Shown in pieces: positions 55,549 through 64,000 of a stretch of 64,000 bases of DNA (its first letter is position 1; every line of letters begins with the position of its first letter). The translations under genes and the position numbers were made by a program. Source of the stretch: Octopus vulgaris. Lineage: Eukaryota. The notes below the pieces were generated by a model that worked only from the letters and a program-made list of their open reading frames with translations, was not told the origin of the DNA and did no database searches. Location of the stretch: positions 40,114,001 to 40,178,000 of the forward strand of contig OX597828.1 of the NCBI GenBank assembly GCA_951406725.2, written 5' to 3'.

Positions 55549-55904
55549 TGGACGTGAGATCTATTAACCCCCTTCACTCGACCTACGAGAAATAGTAACC
55601 AAATCTCTTGTCTTGCTGTCTTTTAGAATCTGTTTCACATTTAGGATGCACTGTAAGAATAGGTATTAAAACGTCTCACTATTCACCAGTGGATTATCTT
55701 ATCTTATCGCGTCCAGGAAGCTAAAAAGCAAACCTCACCTCGGCGGAATTTGAACTCAAAACTTAAAGAACTGTAACGAATTGACGCAGTTATTGTAGAC
55801 GACGTTCTACTGATTCCACCAATCTACCGCTCTTTGTTCCAAATCATACATTCTTCTGCCTTGAAATCGAAAGGACACACTGTTTTAAGTAGTGATATTT
55901 GATA

Positions 55905-56427
55905 TCTATATATATAAAACTCTAGTTGTGTGAGTGTCTGTCCCCTTCGATTTAGATTCCTAACTCCTCCCACATTTTGCGGTGCAGTTTAACCAAATTC
56001 GGGTATCTTATAGTCGTGATTCATATCGAGCCCGTCTGACTATTAGCGCGCGTCAACGATGAGTCTACGATTTTAAAAATAATTTAACATCATTTTTTAT
56101 TCCATTTTAATGCATAATTTTTCGTATGTCGATGGCGGCGGAGTTGGCGTCCACGCTCACACCTGCACCTGTTTGCTTCTCCCCCTTCTTCCCTCCCTCG
56201 TGAAGCTGTGGGGAAGGGAGTGTAAGGAAATCAACGTCGTAAAGCGTTGTCAAGGAGACCAGCGTTCTTTTAGAATAACGACTTCATGGCTTGAAGACAC
56301 CAAAATTACCATCATTTTTTATTCCATTTTTAATACATTTTTTGCTACTTTTTTGCTATAACTCACTAAAAATGCTTATATAGTTATTTCCCTTACAAAC
56401 CCGAGCAACGCCGGGCGATACTGCTAG
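55905..56427 (+). mobile_element. Non-autonomous Helitron
   Basis: A|TCTATATATATAAAAC start; ends CCCGAGCAACGCCGGGCGATACTGCTAG|T. Confidence 0.85.
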
Positions 56428-56821
56428 TTATATATAAAACTAAAGTTGTGTGTCTGTCTCCTACGATTTAGATTCCTAACTACTCCCACATTTTGCGGTG
56501 CAGTGTAACCAAAAGCGGGTATCTTATAGTCGTGATTCATATCGAGCCCTTCTGGGTATTAGTGCGCGGTTACGATGAGTCTATGATTTAAAAAAAAATT
56601 TACCATCATTTTTGCCCATTTTTTAATGCATTTTTTTTGCTATTATATAAGGGAAGTAACTCTCTAAAAATGTATTATTAAATCTCAGAACGTAAAAAGC
56701 TACAGTAACACCCCCCTTTGTGGTTAGCCATATTGAGATGGCTATTATACTTTACATCTCTAAAAATGCTTATATAGTTATTTCCCGTACAAACCCGAGC
56801 AACGCCGGGCGATACTGCTAG
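56428..56821 (+). mobile_element. Non-autonomous Helitron, tandem second copy
   Basis: Begins directly after the previous CTAG, shares its 5' ~170 bp and has the same 3' hairpin and CTAG. Confidence 0.8.
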
Positions 56822-56832
56822 TTATATATATA

Positions 56833-57027
56833 TGATCGCGTGTGTACCGTTGGCGATTTTTTTCCTCCGTCTCCCTTCTCTGGATCTTTCCTTTTCCTGT
56901 GTTTCTGACGAAGAGCTCCGCTCGAAACGTAAAACCCTCCTTCCTTCCTGAGTGTCCAATAATACTATATCTGTTCCACGTCCTCGCGTTGTCGTGTTTT
57001 CTCTTTGTGTTTTCATGTTTGGATTAA

Positions 57028-57032
<5 letters not shown>
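56833..57032 (+). mobile_element. Short hammerhead-containing element in (TA)n, probably derived from a Penelope-like element or a retrozyme
   Basis: ~200-bp non-coding unit flanked by (TA)n on both sides and carrying the minimal hammerhead; a decayed relative lies at ~22130-22310 (-). Confidence 0.55.
56901..56935 (+). ncRNA. Minimal type I hammerhead ribozyme motif
   Basis: GTTT-CTGACGA-A-GAGC(TCC)GCTC-GAAA-CG-TA-AAAC. All core nucleotides are present, with a 4-bp stem II, a 4-bp stem I and a palindromic ACGT stem III. Predicted cleavage is after A56931. Confidence 0.75.
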
Positions 57033-57102
<70 letters not shown>

Positions 57103-57121
57103 TAGTGTACATTTATACACA

Positions 57122-57314
57122 AAGAAGCAAGCCATTAACAAGTTGCCTAACATACTAGAAAGAACAGTTAAAAAGTCCAAACCACAGTTAAGAGCAATTC
57201 CAAAGGAAATGAAAAATAAAAACATTTACCTTTCGAAATTGCTCTTAACTGTGGTTTGGACTTTTTGACTGTTCTTTCTAGTATGTTAGGCAACCTGTTA
57301 ATGGCTTGCCTCTT
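57122..57314. repeat. Long inverted repeat (~90-bp arms, 11-nt loop)
   Basis: Left arm 57122-57211 is the near-perfect reverse complement of 57223-57314. Confidence 0.9.
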
Positions 57315-57518
57315 ATATGAAAAATATGTTTTTTGACTTTGTATATATACTAGGCCACTGGTAGAAAAAAATTCTATCTATATATATAACATTTTAATTG
57401 TGTAAGTCGTAAGTCATTGGATTGCAGCCATGCTAGTGAACCGCCTTGAAGGGTTTAGCCGAGTAAATTGAGTCCAGTACTTTTTCTATCGGAATCTTTG
57501 CCGCTAACACTCTTGGGG

Positions 57519-57549
<31 letters not shown>

Positions 57550-57834
57550 GATGGGCTCCCATACAGTTTCCCTCTACTAAAAGGAGACACTTGTCCAAGA
57601 CAACCTGAAACTATGTGGTTGCAATGCGAGCTTCTTAACTACGCAGTTACGTCAGTGTTTTTGTCTGAAAATAATGACAAGACGGTCACTACTTATGCTT
57701 ATCTGATTATAGGTCTGCTGCATAAGGGCTGACCACACTCTACTAAGCTACAACTGTTACTGCTCCAGCTAATGCTAGTGCTCCGGTTGCCCAAATACAC
57801 AAATCAACATCCTCATAAGATGTAAGAACAAAAT

Positions 57835-58258
57835 GGATCTTTTCGGTTTGAACGGCAGTTTTTTCTAGCGGTGTCATATGAAATTGTCACCCATAATTAT
57901 GACCCTAGTATCGATCTATTGCATTTCAGTCTGTTTTAGGGTTAGGGTTAGAGTTAGGGGTGGGGGAAAGGGTATCTTTTTTTCTTCACAAATGTAAATA
58001 AACCCAATCTGTTTCTTAAACGAAGGACATATTCATACGGCACAGAATGTTTTCACCACAATAGACGTATTTGATTGGTTGAAATCGCAGAAATTGAAGA
58101 AAAAAACAACAACAAATATCTTACAAACTACAGAATTTTCTCAATAAAGCCAAGAGAAAAATATGTTTTATGAACACATTCTACCAGTATACGAAGTTAA
58201 AAATATTTTAGTTACTTAGAAATTATGTTAAAAACTGCCGTTCAAACCGAAAAGATCC
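57835..58258. mobile_element. MITE with 29-bp perfect TIRs
   Basis: GGATCTTTTCGGTTTGAACGGCAGTTTTT (57835-57863) and its reverse complement (58230-58258), with an internal TTAGGG-like run. A partial copy lies at ~59569-59670. Confidence 0.85.
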
Positions 58259-59067
58259 AAAAAACTTGTTGAAGAGAAGTTATAGTACCGTTATATAAGT
58301 TGGTTCCGAATAAAACCAGCCAATCGCTTATACCTTCAAATCATTAACATGGCGGCCTTTTATGCCTAAAACTGACGTTTCGTGTCCACTCAATAGTGCT
58401 GTATCGTGTTCTAGAAAAACATGTTTAATTCTTTAACTGCGTAATTTAATTCCACGGTTATACACCGCAATGAAGTTAATTATCCATCATAACATAGAAT
58501 TAATTGATATTTTCTGAAAGTCACATTGCCTCATAATAAAGTAGGCACTTTCAACAAAAGCTATTTCCAAACATGACATTCCTCAACAAAAGACAGATTA
58601 CTATACAAAACAGCTTCCCACAGTTATTTTAACACTTGCTGTAACATGGAAATGTATAACCCACTGAGTTAAAAATCCTTGGCTTACAGTGTCGAATTCA
58701 ATGCACTGGTAAAAGTTCAAATCTTTAAAATCGAAGTTTCTGGGTTCGAATCATTGTCAAAACCTACAATGATGTTTATTTCTACCCAGAAAAGGGGAGG
58801 CTAGAAAAGTAATCAAGAAAAATTGACAGCATCTCGCATATCTTCGTATAATTTCTTTCACAGAAATACAATGTATATTAGTGAAAAACTTTCAACAAAA
58901 GCTATTTCCAAACATGACATTCCTCAACAAAAGACAGATTACTATACAAAACAGCTTCCCACAGTTAAAGGTAATAAAATTTTGAGTGGATGCATCAAAT
59001 TTCCATCATAAAAGGCTTTAGTTTTAAGTTATTTTAACACTTGCTGTAACATGGAAATGTATAACCC

Positions 59068-59298
59068 TATTTCTTTATTACCCACAAGGGGCTAAACACA
59101 GAGGGGACAAACAAGGACAGACATAGGTATTAAGTCGATTACATCGACCCCAGTGCGTAACTGGTGCTTAATTTATCGACCCCGAAAGGATGAAAGGCAA
59201 AGTCGACCTCGGCGGAATTTGAACTCAGAACGTAACGGCAGACGAAATACCGTTAAGCATTTCGCCCGGCGTGCTAACGTTTCTGCCAGCTCGCCGCC
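59068..59298 (-). mobile_element. SINE family B monomer, young
   Basis: Near-identical to 8133-8363. Confidence 0.9.
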
Positions 59299-62200
59299 TT
59301 TACCTTTGAATTAGTATTACCACGTTCTGTGTTGAGTATCTAACAATAAATGTATGAAATGAAGGGAAGTGAAATCTAATTCTAAAATAACTATCTTTCG
59401 ATCCTTTTTTTTTTTTTCAGTAATTATAGAAGTATGTAAGGCGACACAAGCTTTGCGACATTTCGTCCGTCTTTACGTTATGAGTTCAAATTCCACCGAG
59501 GTCGACTTTGCCTTTTATCCTTTCGAAGTTGGTAAAATAAGCACCGGGGTCGATGTAATCGACTTACCGGATTTTTTCGCTTTGACCGGCAGATTTTTAA
59601 AATAATTTCTATGTAACTAAATACTTTTAAACTTCGTATACTGGTAGTGTATTACATAAAACATCTTTTATAAGTTTCTCTCTCTCTCTCGCTCTTTCTT
59701 TTTTTTTTTTATGAAAACAGAATTTAACAGCTATTTTTAGCGGGTCGAAGAAACAAAATACAGACTTCTTCATTGTTTTATGTCCAACATGTTGATTTGT
59801 GTGACAAGTGGCAAGTCTCATCTTTCATTTTCTGACATACTTTTTTTGCCATCGACGCGACTCCTGCAAGGAGTGGTTTTAAGGAGATACTGTTTCTATA
59901 AATATCAGATTGGCCAACTGTACAGTTGTTTCTTTGTCAGCCTTAATCAAGCAAACCTACGATAAAGGACATTCCACTTGTGACCATCTCTTCTTTTCGT
60001 ATATCCACAACTATAGTGTCTAATGTTTCTTTTCTAAGATTGCACTTCTTACCATTATTAGACTCTAAATAAAGGCGTTGATCTGGCAGAATCGTAGCAG
60101 GCCGCTCAAAATGCTTGGGTCGATAAAATAAGTACGAGTTTGAGCAGTGGGGTGGGGCGATTTAATCGGCTTCCCTACTCCTCAAAACGCTGGCCTTGTG
60201 CCAAAATAAGAAAGGATTATTAGATTCTAACGTTAGGCGGTGGATTGGCAAACTCCTCAGAGCGTCAAACAAAATGCCTTGCAGTTATTTGTATGTATAC
60301 CAAAAGTTTTACTATGGTGGAAAGGGAAGTTAAGATGGTCATAGCTGGGAAGCTTTTGATCAAAAGTTTTCTCAGTCAGGGTTGGCTCGGGGCTAAACAA
60401 CAAGTACATGTCGTTCAGATACAGTTACATATACAGCTCTCAACAAGATGGAAACATGGCATAAGTAAAGAGGGAGAGCTGTGTGGTGTACCTTAGGTTC
60501 GATATGTTAAGGAGTTGCTTGAAGGTTAACTGATTGGAGTTGCACAATATTTATAAATGGCTTCTCTTGAAGATGTTTTTAGAGGCAATGAATTCCAACA
60601 ATTTTACATTTTTCGTCGGGAAGGGGCTTGGTCAGCAGTGGAAGAGCAAACAATTCCACCGAAACATTGCCTTTCAGCGGGCAGAATCGTTAGCACGCCG
60701 GGCAAAATGCTTAGCGGCATTTCGCCCGTCTTTACGTTCTGAGTTCAAATTCCGTTGAAGTCGACTTTGCCCTTCATCCTTTCGGGCTCGATGATTTAGT
60801 TATAGCAAAAAGGGAGGGTAAACGTTCATGACCTTTGTTTGACCTACAAGACTAGAGAGATAGGGATCAAAATACGGAACTACGACTTGTGGGTTACTGC
60901 AATGAGAAACTGAAGAACAAGAAGTCGTGGGACTCTGCTAAGGGCACAAAAAGTCCAGGTCTGCGGTCGATTTAGTCTTTCAGTTACTCGCCGAGTAAGT
61001 CATACAGAATTAGTAAACTTAATGACTCCCTTTTTTAATGTTCTTTTGTTGTTGTTGTTGTTGTTGTTGTTAAGTCTCAGGTCAGCTGTGATGAAACAGA
61101 CCACTGATCAAAGGGATTTCAAGCGTCACCATTCTGTTTCGGGGCAATAATGGAACGAAGTCCATGAGGGTGAGATTGGGTGATTTTGAATTTTTGTTAT
61201 TGAAAACTGAAATGATTATGGCTTTTACAAAAGCATGAAGCAACAGGAAATCGAAACTGGGTCGGGAGCTCCAATTGGTGAGAACATACCCCCGCAGCAT
61301 AACTTCCTGCTCGGCATATTTTGCAGTTGTAGTAAGATACTGTTGACTGAAGTTGAACGATGAGAGACATTTTATGATAGACACCACTATCTTTCGACAT
61401 AAATAACTGTGTTTTATGATAGCTGTTGATGTTTTATGAGTACACGGGCGTGTGTTTTTTTTTTTTTTGATACATTGGAATGTTTATGATATTTAGGTAT
61501 TAAATTGTTAGACGGCTGGCAGAACTGATTATCTTGATGGACCGAAAGAGAAAAACGAAAACACCGCTTGTTTTAATTTTTAGTTTTTTTTATGCTGTTA
61601 CCACATTGTGACTGTGCTACAAATATTAAAAGTAAATTACATTGATTTGAATTTTTGTATGTATCAGTATAGAAGCATTGTCGTCACGATTCAATAGCAG
61701 AAAATTTCTACGAATTACATTGACACTATTTTTGAATCTCCAAAATGTTTTGCAGTTTCACAAGCAGTATTAATTCCACATTCTAAAACCCATGTTGTTT
61801 CGATGATGACAGAAATAAGAGTATTCATGTAAATTTTACAGTAGAATAGGTCAGCAATAGTCCTCTTACATTGTGACCAGATTTCGGAGATTAGCGAAAT
61901 ATTTTCTCCACCTCCCAAGAATGCTCTTCTATCTAGAGAGAATAAGCTCAGCCGAGTTCATAACGTCAATTCGATTATAGTTGACCAGAGTCTAAGCAAA
62001 TGATAACCTTCAAAGACTACTCGTGAAGGCTACAAATTAGCGAGATAAAAATTGCGGTGGATGTGAGCATAATTACAGAAGGAAGATGGCACATGTTTTA
62101 CAATACTAGACAAGAGCTGTAACAGGCATGTATTTAAACCATTTATTGGAAACCAGGATCACTTGCCCTTGTTACCATCACTTTGTGTTTCTATTAAAGT

Positions 62201-62520
62201 ACAATGCGAACTCATCTTTTCTTTAAGTACAGTAATGTTCTACACAGACTGGAAGGGCTGACAAGGATCATGAGCAACGCACTCCCATGCGGTTGCAGGC
62301 GTGCTGGAGCAGGGCTTATGCTGAAATACTTTGGATATGATACAGGAATATTGGATATGATGGAGAATAATCTGTCGTCAATTTTTTTCTGTTTGAGTAA
62401 GGTTAATTCAATTTTTTTTCACCCAAAACTTTTCATTGAAGAATTTAAATCCCAAAATCAACTTGGCTCCGTTGATTTATATACACTTATATATATGCTA
62501 TATGCTGACCGAATCACAAC

Positions 62521-62750
62521 GGCGGCGAGCTGGCAGAATCGTTAGCACGCCAGGCGAAATGCTTAGCGGTATTTCGTCTGCCGTTACGTTGTGAGTTCAA
62601 ATTCCACCGAGGTCGACTTTGCCTTTCATCCATTCAGCGTCGATTAAATAAGTACTAGTTACGCACTGGGGTCGACGTGATCGACTTAATCCGTTTGTCT
62701 GTCCTTGTTTGTCCCCTCTGTGTTTAGCCCCTTGTGGGTAGTAAAGAAAT
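62521..62750 (+). mobile_element. SINE family B monomer
   Basis: Starts GGCGGCGAGCTGGCAGAATCG and ends GTAAAGAAAT next to (TA)n. Confidence 0.9.
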
Positions 62751-63302
62751 ATATATATATATATATATATATATAAGCTGTGTGTGTGTGTGAAGTTTAA
62801 TTTGTTGATAGGTGCAAATAATTTTGTTTATAAAGATGATTCTATGTGTGCGAGTGCTAACGAGTGTGCACCTTTGTCGGTTGCAATCTGTATACAGTTC
62901 TGAATGTGTGTGTGTGTGCAACATGAACTGCTGAACTTCCCCGCTGTCTTTTTCTCACACTTTCCCTTCCCCTCAGCGAGTCTCTTTGTAATTCTCCAAC
63001 TTTCCCGCCAGAAAATAGGCAACGCTTTTCTTTCCTTATCCCTTCTTTCCCCCCCCCTTCGTATTTGCGACTGCGCATGAATCGTTTCCGGTGGGACGCA
63101 TACAAACTTATCACAAATTTTCAAACACACAGACACACAGGAAGCACACACACACACACAGACACACACACAAAATATAATTTTATGTAATAACAAAAAT
63201 AAGCGAAATAGTAACCTTTCCCAAACAATTCGCGTCATGTCTTTCACATACGCGCACACACACATAAATATAAATAAATATATATATATATATATATATA
63301 TA

Positions 63303-63346
<44 letters not shown>

Positions 63347-63505
63347 CGTACACAGACAGATACAGACAGGTTTTTAAAAATCCAGATATCCAAAATCTCA
63401 GGAAGAAAAAGTTGCCGTAAAGGAAACTGCGTGGATTGGTAATATTTTGATAGAATCCATGAATATGTGGTACTGTTAATGATGGATCAGCAGTTTACCT
63501 CTTAC

Positions 63506-63550
<45 letters not shown>

Positions 63551-63699
63551 GGTTATACACACACATATATATATATACATCACAACGATGGTCAAGATTG
63601 TCATTCGTTCTCTCTCTCTTTCTCTCTCTTTCTGCTTATGTGTGTGTGTGTGTGTGTGTGTAAAACTATGAGCTTGCAACGGTTGTCACCTAATAATGG

Positions 63700-63830
63700 G
63701 AGAGAATGACGTCATCACATCTTGGCCAAGCGAATCGTTGTCGCGACTAAGGAACTGCTTCCCAAGTCAAATTTAATACCTGACTCCTGTGTATATCATG
63801 CAAAACAACAAGAGTGCAGCGCGCTTCTTT
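63700..63830. promoter_or_regulatory. Candidate promoter or enhancer with a full CRE
   Basis: ATGACGTCAT (63706-63715), CTTGGCCAAG (63721-63730) and GTCGCGAC (63740-63747) palindromes clustered in CpG-rich unique sequence. Confidence 0.4.
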
Positions 63831-63921
63831 ACTCTTTCTTCTGCAGTGACTTCCCTTCTCTCTCTCTCCCACTCTTATTCTCTTACTCTCCCTTCCACTC
63901 TATATCTTTCCCTCCCACCTC

Positions 63922-63964
<43 letters not shown>

Positions 63965-64000
63965 AGTCGACCTGACATCACAAGCAGGCATGTGCACGCG

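Noticed and set aside
61197-61400. Minus ORF with CKICRAG...GVCSH resembling a SWIM zinc finger
   Set aside because: Spacing is imperfect, the ORF is short and no other transposase or gene motifs flank it; a profile search would be needed.

Overview
AT-rich eukaryotic genomic DNA, most likely from an octopus or related cephalopod (inferred from the tRNA-headed SINE families and the very dense (TA)n/(TACA)n/(CA)n microsatellites). The window is mostly non-coding. I can support one protein-coding exon: minus strand 27997->27506, starting MGQQSS (an N-myristoylation-type start) and ending at a CAG|GTGAG donor. A CCAAT-box promoter candidate lies about 4 kb upstream (~32.0 kb), and the exon is followed by a very long intron running toward base 1. 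That intron looks CpG-depleted below ~24 kb, which suggests gene-body methylation. The rest is repeats: several SINE families, a decayed R4/Dong-type LINE beside (TAA)n, an RTE LINE 3' end, TTAA MITEs and other TIR elements, and three non-autonomous Helitrons. The most interesting signals are an intact minimal hammerhead ribozyme core in a short (TA)n-embedded element (56901-56935) with decayed relatives elsewhere, a pre-miRNA-sized intronic hairpin (23272-23334), a ~190-nt fold-back (57122-57314), and SINEs stacked at one repeated target site (45111-45930). Nearly all ORF-track entries are microsatellite or SINE artefacts. Family names are from pattern recognition only; no database was searched.
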